Origin: Eledone cirrhosa
Taxonomy: Eukaryota
Direction of reading: 5' to 3'
Assembly (NCBI GenBank): GCA_964016885.1
Contig: OZ024746.1
Location: 83,514,001-83,578,000 of the forward strand
DNA: 64,000 bases
Within the stretch, counting starts at the first letter, position 1, and each line of letters opens with the position of its first letter. Shown here piece by piece: positions 12,085 through 28,320 of this stretch. Below the pieces are notes generated by a model that did not search any database, was not told the origin of the DNA, and saw nothing but the letters and a program-made list of their open reading frames with translations. Made by a program: the position numbers and the translations under genes.

Positions 12085-12260
12085 CCCTTTAGCATTTAAA
12101 CCAGCTGTATCCAGCTAGAATTCTCTCACCTCTCTCTGTTTAAACCAGCTGTAACTGGCCACTTATACTGATGTTAAGGTATTCTCATAGATTAGATATT
12201 ATGTAAGATAAAACCTTTACCATGAAAATACAATAGTAAATTTAGAATAATGTAAATGCT
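12085..12260 (+). mobile_element. piggyBac-like MITE family 1, copy 1 (3' TIR truncated)
   Basis: TTAA-CCCTTTAGCATTTAAACC start; body matches the seven other copies. Confidence 0.85.
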
Positions 12261-12842
12261 GTTGGTCTTCCCATTTTTTAGGCCCATTACTGCTGAGGTA
12301 TACTGTAAAAGACTTTCGTTACTATCAACCTCAGCCTTAGTCCACTCAAGGATCCCAACACTGTACCAGTTTCCCCTTTGCCAATGTTTTTCTGCACACA
12401 TTGATTTGCAGATGTGTTGGCTGTGCTTTGGCTACATCAATCATATTAGTATGTGTAGAAGTCATGATTTCTGCCTAACTTATTCAAAAAGGAAAATATT
12501 ACTGACAGCGCAAGATCTACCATCATATGTTACTGTAGCAATTTCTGTGGCTATAATAAACTATAAAATAATTACTAGTTATGTATTGATATGATGGCAA
12601 AGGAGGAGTTAAAATAAATCAATTTATTGTTTGATAATGGATTTCTTGCAAATTTAAATGAACTAAGCTCAAGGTTTTTTTTCTTTTTTTAGAAGTGTTG
12701 TTATAGGCCAGTATACTACTCAGACCAGAAGGAGTAAGGGAAACAGTCAATTTTAGTGAGATTTGCTCTGGAAATCTTGAAGTGCAATGTTACTCGACAA
12801 ATCATAGAATTTGACTCTTTTTCTGCTAGCTCACTCTGTTAA

Positions 12843-13057
12843 CTCTTTAGCATTAAACCGGCCATATCCGGCCAGAATTCTCTCACCTCTTTCTGTTCAA
12901 ACCAGCCATAACCTCTGCTTATACTTATGTTAAAATATTGTTCTCAAAATAAATATAAAAATCTCGAAGCTTCGATATTACGTGAGATTTTATGTGAGAT
13001 AAAGTCTTTACCATGAAAATACATTAGTAGATATATAGTAATGTAAATGCTAGAGGA
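12843..13057 (+). mobile_element. piggyBac-like MITE family 1, copy 2
   Basis: TTAA-CTCTTTAGCATT ... AATGCTAGAGGA-TTAA. Confidence 0.85.
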
Positions 13058-13778
13058 TTAAAGGTATATACCATGTATATTATCTACTTAACTCTTTACA
13101 TTCTGTATTGATTTCACAGGAAATATAAAAAAATGGGTTTGTTAATTAAAATGTCTATAGTATCTTTACTAGTGGACAGATCTTTATGAAAATTTGCAAT
13201 ATTAAAGCAAAACCTTTAATTTCTTATGTGATGCAGTCATAGTGCTGTTTCGTACTATTTAAGAATGTCTTGCTAAAGCGGTTTCATGTGGTACAGGATT
13301 TTAAGAGTTAATATGGAGATTGTTTATGTGTTTGTGTGTTTACAATTTCTAAAGTGGCTGTAAAAGTGTTAAGGTTAATTGTCATTGAACTGAAATGTGT
13401 AATTGAATGATAACCAAAAGAAGTCTTTATGTAGCATACATATTTGTTGCTGGAAGTGGTAGTGATGGTAGCAGCTTTAAAACCTACTAAAAAACCCAAA
13501 TCAAATGGTTGCGTTTTCTAATGATAATTTGTTTTTATATATATATATATATATATATCTGGCCAAGCAACGTAGATATAAACTCTACTGGGTAGGAAAG
13601 GACAATGAGTAGGAGGTGTAGGCATCCTACTAGGTGAGAAATGGATAGATAAGGTGATAGAGATAATTAGAGTGAGTGAGTGAGTGAGGTGGCGAATTGA
13701 GAGATACTGTGGTGAGGACTTATCCAACCAATGCAAGCATGGAAAAAACTGACGTAAAAACGATGATATATATATATA

Positions 13779-14325
13779 GGGGGTGTTCTGAGGCCATAAT
13801 ATCTAGAATAAGGACGATTTGAAAGAAGTTTAGGGAGCTGCTTCCTCTGCTGACGAAGAAGGGTTTCTCCCTGCATACGAAAGGCCGGTTATATGATGCC
13901 AGTGTGAGAAGCACGATGCTGCATGGTAGTGAGACATGGGCAGCAACTGCAGAGGATATGCGACAGAAATGAGGCAAGCATGCTCCGTTGGATGTGCAAT
14001 GTCAATGTGCGTGAACGACCCAGCATGAATGTGTTGAGAGAGAAACTGTCTGAGAGGGATAGAATGTAGTGTGCGAGAGAGGAGACTGAGGTGGTATGGA
14101 CATGTGATGCGCATGGAGGATGACCGATGGGTGAAGAAATGCCAGTTGAAGGAAGACGTGGTAGAAGTAGACCACGAAAAACATGGGTGGAGGTGGTGAG
14201 AACAGACCTCAGATCGCTGAAGCTCATGGCGATGACGAAGGACTGTGACAAGTGGAGAGATGCTGTGCTGAATAAGACCCGTCCCACCCTTGCAAGCAGG
14301 GAAAAGCAGACGTAAAATGATGATG
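13779..14325 (+). mobile_element. RTE-clade LINE 3' fragment (short-3'UTR subfamily)
   Basis: KFRELLPLLTKKGFSL, MLHGSETWA, MLRWMCNV, RLRWYGHVMRM, GRSRPRKTW; ends CGTAAAATGATGATGAT; TA runs on both sides. Confidence 0.9.
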
Positions 14326-15324
14326 ATATATATATATGTAGTTGAAAATGAATGAATAAAACACAGGAGGCAATTGTACATAGTTATATTAGGTTCACGC
14401 TTGGTGGAAGTGGAGGTTTCAGCATTTTGGACAGAAGTCCTTCATTAGGAAAGTTGAGACGCACGCACGCGTGGCATATATTATTGGAATAACACTACAT
14501 GTTTTCTCTGACAATGTTTTCACTACTTTTTTTCTTATGTTTTCTCTGACAAGTTACCTATTAAGCCAAATTACAAACAAAGCTTGTTGTGAATCTTTCT
14601 CCTTGTATTTCCCATTAGGTCTTGTATTGCCTGTAACCTTTGTTCTTGTCAGTGATTAGTTGCTGATAGATATCTTTTATCATTCCCAAATACAGTATAT
14701 TAGATATGATCAACTTTATCATTTGTGGAAAAGGACTAACTGACTGTTTTGTGGTGGCTCAACTAAGAGGAAGAAATAATTGAATTGTAAACAAAGAAAA
14801 AAGGTAATCAAATAACTAAAAAATGCACTGGTATTTTGATTACAGAAACTTGGATCAAACAAAAGAAGCAACAACAATACAATATGATGGATGGGACTGG
14901 ATGGCTACAACTGGGTGAGCCTTTGATCACTTAAGGCTTACCTGAGGCCTAAATAATAAGTTGTTGTTTCGTCATTAGATCAGCCTAGAATAATGAAAGG
15001 CATTCCAGCTGTGAACATACAATCCATCATATTGTGCAGCTGTTCCAGCTATTGATGTTAAAAATAGTTGGCTCAGTTAACTTAATCAGAACAGAGAAAT
15101 TTTGAGGGAATAAAAATTTTGAGGAAATAAAAGTATTGCATTGAAATCTTTCTCTTCACTGACATTACCTCAATATGCTTAACCACAGCTTGAAATCAAG
15201 TCAATGAGTGAGCATCTATGTAATTATTTCATTTGATAAATATAGAAACTAAATGTCTAAATTCTCTGCCTGTTTATATAAATAAACAGATCAGTTTATA
15301 TGTATCTTTATGTAAGATGATAAT

Positions 15325-15504
15325 TGTTTCTACTTTAGGCACAAGGCCAGCAATTACCCAGTGTATTACTGATACTTTATTTTATCGACCCCGTAAGGAT
15401 GAAAGGCAAAGTCAACCTCGGCGGGATTTGAACTCAGATCGTAAAGGGACGTAACTATGCTGGAAAGCATGGCGTCCGACCCTCCACTGATACTGCCAAT
15501 CCAC
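15325..15504 (-). mobile_element. family A SINE, near full length with TSD
   Basis: A-box-like TGGCAGTATCAGTGG and B-box GAGTTCAAATCC on minus strand; 9-bp TSD GATGATAAT at 15316-15324 and 15505-15513. Confidence 0.9.
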
Positions 15505-15699
15505 GATGATAATGAGTTTCAGTTTGCACCCTGTATCACACATCTGTTCTGTTTGATAACAGGGGCTAAAAAGCAACATCTGCTTTTCTATTGTTGGCCG
15601 ATTGCATTGATCTGTCATACCTGTTACTGACTCTACTCTTATTGTGGACTCCTGACAATATTTCTTACAGCAGCTCTCCAGCTGTCTTAGCTCTTCATA

Positions 15700-15717
15700 C
15701 ACTCACACACACACACA

Positions 15718-15769
<52 letters not shown>

Positions 15770-15806
15770 ACTCTCACTCTCACTCTCTCTCCTCTCTCTC
15801 TCTCTC
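15700..15806. repeat. (CA)n/(CT)n microsatellite
   Basis: Read directly. Confidence 0.95.
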
Positions 15807-16621
15807 GTTATCCTAATATTTATGATTCAGAGCTTTCATTTCAGCTTCTGTCTTTCTCCACCACTCTCTCTCATTCTCTCTCTGAGATAAAGATTAGATT
15901 TGTTGCTAGGAGCTTTGACTAATATTCTGCCATAAAATAGTCATTTGTTTATGTTGTTGCTTGGCTTAACTGCTGTGATTATGAAAAGTAAGTGTTCTCA
16001 GTTCTGATTGAATATTAAAAACTGTTGACTTGTTTTAAATGTCAATCTCAATGCCTCGATATAGATTTAACTACACATAACACTTAGCTGTATCTCTGTG
16101 GGATATACTATCTGTTTGGATGTGTTTTAGTGGTAGCACCATATGTCCAAGTGTGTCACTCTGGAACAACACACTTTGCCTGTGTTTGTCTCAGTAAAAG
16201 TACACTATGCTTTGAAAGGTCCTTATAGAAGAGCACTTTATAATTAGTGATGTCTACAACTGGGCTATGAGTAGCAGATTAGGCTACTTTTAGGACCTGT
16301 ATACTACTATATACTGTGTGGGCTCCTATTACTTAAACATATATACCTTGAAAGTTAAGAATTGTATTGAATTATCAACTAAGTAAATTAAAACTGACCA
16401 ACAATCAATTTATATATATATATATATATATAGATAGATAATTTAATATATCTACTAACATAAGCGCACAGATGTACGCTAATGCCAGCAAATACACAGG
16501 TTATGTCATAGTACCTAGGTAGTTCAATGCAGGAGGATGCACAACAATAATATAAAAGACGTAAAATAAGAAAATAAAAAAAATAAATTTTTTTTTAAAT
16601 TAACTTACTTACTTAAGTTAA

Positions 16622-16662
<41 letters not shown>

Positions 16663-16678
16663 CTTATTTTACGTCTTT

Positions 16679-16713
<35 letters not shown>

Positions 16714-16762
16714 ATTTGTGTACTTCATGATATTTTATGTGTATTTATGTGCATGTGTGTAT

Positions 16763-17467
16763 ATCATCATCGTTTAACATCCATTTTCCCACTTGAGGCA
16801 AGATTGGTTGTCTTGCTTGTATAGGACTGTCTGGCAGGTTTTCTACGGCTGGATGCCCTTCCTAACACCAACCACATTTACAGTGTGGACTGGGAGTTTT
16901 TACCGTGTTACCTACCCGGCCACATTACAGCGTGGGCTGTGTTTTTTTTTGTCGTGACACCTACACAACCTCATTTATTTAGGACTGGATGTTGTGGTAC
17001 CAACATAACTTTACAGAGAAAGGGGTGGGGGTAGGGGTAGTGGGATGGGGTGTATTTTTGGTTAAGAGGTGCCTACTGACTGTAGGTTTCGCTTTGTACT
17101 TAGGCAAGGCGGGTCTTCTGTATTACTGCATAGCGCCAAAGATCTCGGTCAAGTGACATTGTCTTGGAGAGGTGTAAGTGTGTAAGTCGGAATTTATCAA
17201 ATTGTCCCAGGTTTTTATACAGCTGTCGTCTTTCATGCGCATCACGTGTCTTCTCTCAAATAAACAGCATCTGATCCCTCTTATTCCTAATTTCTCGCTT
17301 AGTTCATTTATGCTTTGCTGTTTACGTATATTACTATTACACATCCAACGGAGCATGCAAGCTTTGTTCCTCTCCAGTCTGCGCAGATCCTCTGCACACA
17401 ATGCCCATGTCTTACTGCCATGTAACATTGCTGTTCGTATGCAGGCAACATACAGTCTACTTTTCAT
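16763..17467 (-). mobile_element. RTE-clade LINE 3' fragment with long 3'UTR (same subfamily as 35571-36296)
   Basis: ORF 17123-17467: LYVACIRTAMLHGSKTWAL..MLRWMCNSNI..LGIRGIRCC; 3'UTR and (GAT)n tail on minus strand. Confidence 0.9.
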
Positions 17468-17779
17468 TTTATATATATATATTCAAATTTTAAGAAAGCC
17501 AAGGATGCGATATTATTTATTTATTTATACATCTCTATGAACATTACAACATGGCTAGAATATTGCATTCATTTGTGGATATTAGCAGTTAACAATTAAC
17601 TCCATTATGTGTGCTTTATTCTAACTGTATCTCTTAAGGAAATATTTATATAATAAAATAACAACAAATTAATATCATAAGCCAAGTATCAAGAACAATA
17701 GAGGATTCAAAGTAAGATGCATTTTGGTGGGGAGTTAAAATTTCACGTGCAAAGGTAGCATAAGCATATATAAAGTTTT

Positions 17780-18052
17780 CTGACATGACAAAATGTACCC
17801 AGTCCACCTTGCAAGCTTGTTGTGCTGGTGACATGATGAAAAACTACCCAGTCCAACCTGTCAGTTGGTAATTTTGGTGCCATGATAAAAAGCACCCAGT
17901 TGACGCTGTAAATGTGGTTGGTGTTAGGAAAGTCATCCAGCCGCCATTAACAGTTCTGTATGAGCTAGACATGGTTACCTGATCTGACAAGTTTCACAAC
18001 TCGGCTAACCTTATGCTAGCGTGGAAAAATGGATGTTAAACAATAATGATAT
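17780..18052 (+). mobile_element. family B SINE with repeated modules
   Basis: About three repeats of GGTG..CATGA..AAAA..ACCCAGTCCA before GTTGGTGTTAGGAAAGTCATCC and the terminal stem. Other family B copies ~30690-30870, 30890-31065, 40905-40985(-), 46030-46205, 50630-50770(-), 51790-51890(-), 54290-54410, 55200-55330(-), 57915-58267, 62245-62350(-), 63590-63945. Confidence 0.75.
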
Positions 18053-18420
18053 GTCTTCCTGCTTGCATTCATTTGTCCAATCTACAATATATCACTGTTG
18101 CCATGGATTAAGAAGTAAACAAGTTTGAAACACAACAGTTGATGACATTTCACTTAACCAGTACTATATGAGAAAGGTATGGGTGTCTCATAATCTTATT
18201 TCTCTTTCCCTGACCATTAAAATTGTATCTTTGTGCCTAAGTTAAGAATTAATAATGTAACATTTTGGTTGTGTTTTTCACTTTGGATGTGCAGTCACTT
18301 TTGATCTTAATGACTTCACAAAGAAAGTCCCTTTGTCTTTTAGTCCTCATTTACAAGAATTTCTCAAACTTTAATTAAAACCGAATGACACTTTGTTTTC
18401 ATACGCACATACATGTATAT

Positions 18421-18510
<90 letters not shown>
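18421..18510. repeat. (CA)n microsatellite
   Basis: Read directly. Confidence 0.97.
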
Positions 18511-18515
<5 letters not shown>

Positions 18516-18842
18516 TGCATACACACTGGTTTATGAATCATTCTATATTTCGATTCTATTAATTATTGATTTCTGTCTTTCTCTATCTTTTACTCTGCCT
18601 GATTGTCTGTCTCTGTATGTGTGTGCATAGATACAAGAATTACATAAGTATTATAAATAATTCTATTTCAACTCACTCTCCATTAAACCATTTACAAAAT
18701 ATTTAATTTTCAACCAAGACAATTTTGTGAATTTAATTTGAAGCTGTTTGATACTAAATTACCATACAAAACTTTGTAATTTTGAATGTATATATTTATG
18801 TAAAAACTTTCCATTCGCATTTTATGTACGAACCTTTGTTAA

Positions 18843-19130
18843 CCCTTTAACATTTAAACTGGCCATATCCGGCCATAATTCTCTCACCTCTATCTGTTCA
18901 AACCAGCTGTAACCAGCTGCTCATATTTATGTTACGGTATTGTTCTCAAAATAAATAATATCAAAATCTTGTAGATTCGATATTATGTGAGGTAAAGCCT
19001 TTACTGTGAAAATACAATAATAAATATAGAGTAATCGTCATCATCATCATCACCGTTTTACATCCATTTTTTTTCATGCTAGCATAGGTTAGATGACCAT
19101 TAGTTGGTTAGTAATGTGAATGCTAAAGGG
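18843..19130 (+). mobile_element. piggyBac-like MITE family 1, copy 3, carrying an inserted family B tail (19036-19109)
   Basis: TTAA-CCCTTTAACATT ... AATGCTAAAGGG-TTTA; inner insert flanked by AGTAAT duplication. Confidence 0.88.
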
Positions 19131-19162
19131 TTTAGTTATGTTCCAAACACCAGCTTAATAAT

Positions 19163-19347
19163 TGTTTCTACTTTTGGCACAAGGCCAGCTATTACCCCAG
19201 TGTGTTACTGGTACTTTATTTTATCGCCCCTCGTAAGGATGAAAAGCAAAGTTAACCTCAGCAGGATTTGAACTCAGAATGGCAAGGGCTGTAACTCAAT
19301 GTGTCAAAGCATGGCGTCCGACCCTCTACCGATACTGCCAATCCACC
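19163..19347 (-). mobile_element. family A SINE, full length with TSD
   Basis: 10-bp TSD GCTTAATAAT at 19153-19162 and 19348-19357; A and B boxes present. Confidence 0.9.
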
Positions 19348-19749
19348 GCTTAATAATGAGCGAAGTTAGCTGTTTTCCTAAATCCTTCCTAAATTCTTCC
19401 AAATTCTTCAAAAATCCTGGGCAATGTCTCATTCTTTAGAGATATAGTAATGAAAAAGTTAATGTAAAAGGTTCCAAAGTCTGTGTTTATTCTCACTGTG
19501 TCGGCTATAGTGTGTGGTAGAAACTTGTCAAGTAAATGGCTGCTAAGCCTTTGTTTGTTTTTATGTGTGTGCTGGCTCTGAAATTTAAACCTGTTACACT
19601 CTGCAGCTTAGTTTTTATTTTTATTTTTTTTGTCCAATGAATGCTGGCAGATGTTACTTATTGGAACACATTTTGTCATCCTAATACTTATTTGTTGCCC
19701 CCCTCACCCCCACCACCTAAGATAAGAGGTGTTATTTTAATTTATGCAA

Positions 19750-24465
<4,716 letters not shown>

Positions 24466-25042
24466 TTGTTGGTGCTACTGGTAACATGTATCCCAGTACA
24501 ACCTGTCTCATGGTCGGGTCGTTGGCGACTAAACTGGCAACCCCACCAAGATTTCTTGGTGAGGAGGGTGACTTTGGACATCCTGCAGGACTAAAAACAA
24601 AACCTGTCAAAGGGCAAAGGAGCTCTTAAGAGTCAATGGCCATCCAAAATCACTGGGAGAGATGACCCCTTAGCCTTTGTCAAGGCAGAATTCTAGGAGA
24701 AGGAAAACTCTGATATAACACCTGCAACCCTGATGGTATCCAATGATGTTGACTTGTTCTTCTTTTTGGTAAATATCATCTTGGTTAAGAGAGTGGGACT
24801 GGCTTTGTGCAGTGCCTTTGCTCACTATAAAAGCTTCACGGCACAGGCATTGCTTTGTATCTGGAGAACTCTCTGCACTTGTCATCACATGGTACCATGG
24901 GCCCAGCACTATGTGTCAATAATTGTCACAAGTGTAGTGTTTGTACCAGAGTTTTCAAGTCGCTGGCTGGACTAAAAATTCACACTCGTTCAGCGCATCG
25001 GTAGGGGGTTCTCCTACATAGATATAAAGTAGTGGCCGTACT
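24466..25042 (+). mobile_element. internally deleted RTE-like retroelement (5'UTR-like part fused to C-terminal C2H2 finger)
   Basis: AGGAGAAGGAAAACTCTGA motif recalled from RTE 5'UTRs (~24696-24714); 24912-25004 translates CVNNCHKCSVCTRVFKSLAGLKIHTRSAHR* (C-x2-C-x12-H-x4-H). Confidence 0.55.
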
Positions 25043-25242
25043 NNNNNNNNNNNNNNNNNNNNNNNNNNNNNNNNNNNNNNNNNNNNNNNNNNNNNNNNNN
25101 NNNNNNNNNNNNNNNNNNNNNNNNNNNNNNNNNNNNNNNNNNNNNNNNNNNNNNNNNNNNNNNNNNNNNNNNNNNNNNNNNNNNNNNNNNNNNNNNNNNN
25201 NNNNNNNNNNNNNNNNNNNNNNNNNNNNNNNNNNNNNNNNNN
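25043..25242. other. assembly gap (200 N)
   Basis: Run of exactly 200 N; the round number suggests a scaffolding join of unknown true size. Confidence 0.99.
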
Positions 25243-25288
25243 ACAATATCACTTCTCTCATTTGAATGTCAGTTGTTATTCGTGTTTA

Positions 25289-25357
25289 ATGTCTGTTTTT
25301 ATTGCCACATGTTTACTTGCTTTCAATAAGAAAGCTGGTGTAGCTCTTGTGAATGAG
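25289..25357 (+). CDS. weak candidate short first coding exon (MSVFIATCLLAFNKKAGVALVNE)
   Basis: ATG-initiated 23 codons ending at a consensus donor GAG|GTAAGT; TCAGTT Inr-like word ~20 nt upstream. No homology evidence. Confidence 0.2.
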
Positions 25358-27146
25358 GTAAGTGGTTTTGTCTAAGCTTACTGTTAATTTCAGTTTAGAG
25401 ATGTTGCCCTTCCCTGATAAATAACTTGGCAAAACATTAACCAAAAATAAACAACAAATGAAAAGTAATTATGCATTAGATTCATGTAGATATCTTTAGA
25501 AAATAGGCAAATTTCATGCATAGTCTGAACTGTTTTGATTCCATGTTGAAGATAATTTACTTGGCTTTACACTGTTACATTACTGAATTGGCACTTAGCA
25601 GGAATGAGATGGGCTTATTTAAGTTAAGGAAGACTTGGCTCAATAGTTTTAGATATTAGAAGGATCATTGGTCAGGATTGCTGAGCAATATATTGTTCAA
25701 TTAATATCAATGTAGACATTGTAGAATCCAAGAACAGTTGATTTGATAGGGTAATGGAATGCTGTGGTTTTTATCTTATAACACTAATTCATTGTATCTA
25801 TGGCCAATACAATACTGAAGTGAAACAGGTCTGTTATCCAACATCAAAATAGATGTAAATTTGTTTTAAAACCGAAGAGAATTACTACTTATTTTCAACC
25901 ATAGAAGGTTTCATTGAGCTTCATTGAGCTTCAACTTGATAGTCCAACACTTTAATCAGCTAAGTACCATAAGTCTAAATAATTGCACAAGACCAGAGGT
26001 TTATTTGCGGGGGGGGGGGGAGCAAGGGAGGAAGAGGAACAGTTGATTATATGAACCCAAATACATGACTGGTACATTATTAAAGAACCGGAACAAAACA
26101 CAGCAGGGCACTCCATCTGATGTTTTAATGATTCTGACACTCAACTCTTCTTAAATGTAAGTAATGATTGCTTACATTGTTGATACAAGGATACAATTTT
26201 GTAGTCAGTTCAACTGACTAAGATACATAATTAAGCACCTTAGTCAGTTCAACTGACTAAGATACATAATTGGTGCTTAATTTGTTGTTTCCAGTGGGAG
26301 GAAGAAAACAACATTGTCCCCAGCAGGATTTAAAGTAAATTTCCCTTTTTGCTATCCCACTATGTAAAGATTTCTACATTTGGCACAAAGCTACAAATTT
26401 TAATTAAAAACTGTACTTAGATCAACCTGTTTTCCTCCCGTTGAAAGTCGAATGAAAAATTTAACCCTGGTTGGATTTGAACTTGAGTCAGATATAAAAA
26501 AACTAAATGCTGTAAGGCATTCTTCTGTTTTTCCTCATTTGCTGCCCTAAATCCAACTGGATAATAAGAAAAAGTATATTTTAAAAAAAAAATTATTTTC
26601 CTATTTTTGCTTTATTTAATGGGGAGCTTCTTTTCTGACAGTTGGTACTGATATCAATAGAAAGTAAAAAAAAAAAGGAAAATATTTGTTAACAAGTTGA
26701 TGTCATTTAGCCCTAGGTAAGCCATGAAATTGAACAAATTCAAACCTTTATAACCTCATCTGTTTGTGTTACATTTTCCACTGTGCCTTTTTAAAGAAGA
26801 CATGCTGTGAATTGAGTGGAGATTTTGCATCTACTTCTTGCAGGCTAGGTGACCATTTAGAGGGTTCCTTGATGGCCTGTAACTTAAACATGTCATTTTC
26901 TATTGCTTTATGCCCTCTTTTGAAGGAATCATTGTTATCTTAAACTTTTTGAGTACCCTGCAGCCTATTCTGGGTTTTACAGTGAGTTTTTGTTGGTGGC
27001 TCAAGAGAGTCCTTGAACTAAGCACTGTAATTCAATGAAGCTCTTGCTAAATATACAGTACTTCTGCTACTTACTCACAGGCTGTTCTGATACTTATTAA
27101 CTAAACTAAAGAAAGTGAAGTATTTTTGTTATAGATATTGCGTAGT

Positions 27147-27449
27147 TAGATTGAAAGAAAAACTGGGTCTATGAAGAATCTAATGTTGTGTGCATGGAAA
27201 AAGACTGTGTTGGTAATGACATGTAATGCCTATAGATGATTACAGTTTGGTAAAAAAGTGTTAGGAGATCCTTGTGGAAGTAAGCTGTAGAAGAGAGAGA
27301 TCAAGGAAAATATGGTGAGAGCTGATTTCAAGATGCTGAATCTCACAAAAGAGATAACAAAGCAACATAAGTTGTATGATGCTGTTCTGAGAGATGACTC
27401 ATCCACTTCTTACAAATATGGAAAAATAGACATAAAAATGATGATGATC
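27147..27449 (+). mobile_element. old, heavily decayed RTE 3' fragment
   Basis: Reads LKEKLG..CCV..KRLCW**HVM..DD.SLVKKC..RERSRKIW with stops; ends ATGATGATGAT. Confidence 0.75.
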
Positions 27450-28194
27450 ATTAGCTAGAAGACTTACACTCATTCAACTAGGTATGTATATGCATATGGA
27501 ATAACATTAAAAGGACAAGAAGTATGTTTCATGCTATTGTGTTTTAAGATTCACATCTTTCATGCTAGAATGGAAATAGCTTTCTTCAATTCCATGTCAA
27601 TTTGCTATTATGATATTACAATGTCTAGTTAAGGATTTAGGGAAAATGTGTGATGGACATGTCTTTCTGAATTCATTGGTATATTTAAACTGATTAGTTT
27701 TTCCTTGTATTTCAGTAAATAAATACATCCTGTTAGTTATTCTGCCACTATCCAGGAGTGGTCTTTCACAAAACTTAAGCTGCTGCTATTAAGTGATGAA
27801 TAAGTACTGGAATCTCCCACCCCTTTTCTTTCTCTCTTTCTAATTCTTTTTATTTTCTTGAGATTTATCAAAATAATCAATGATGATTATAGATATAAGA
27901 GTTTCTTATTTATATTATTTATTTTGACCAATGGAACTGGCAATCAAGTTAGGAACCTACCTGCATTTATGCATTTTTGCTGTTATACTTTGAGAATTCT
28001 TTGCAGCTGATGGCTTTTGTTTAGTTTTCTTTCTCTATTTCTTTCTTTCTCGGTACATTGTATTAAATTAAGACCCAGCTAATGATTGCTACAAAATCTA
28101 TTGTATTACATGTTAAATTTTTTTTTTTTTGATTACTGAAGAGAAGAAAGAAAGAAGAGTATTAAGTTATCATTAATGTTTAAAGACTCTGGGT

Positions 28195-28320
28195 AGTTTT
28201 CTTTTTCTTTTCTTCTTCTTTTTCTTTTCTTCTTCTTTTTCTTTTCTTCTTCTTTTCTTCTTTTCTTCTTTTCTTTTTCTTCTTTTCTTCTTCTTCTTTT
28301 TTTTTCTTTTTCTTCTTCTA
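28195..28320. repeat. (CTT/CTTTT)n low-complexity tract
   Basis: Read directly. Confidence 0.95.
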
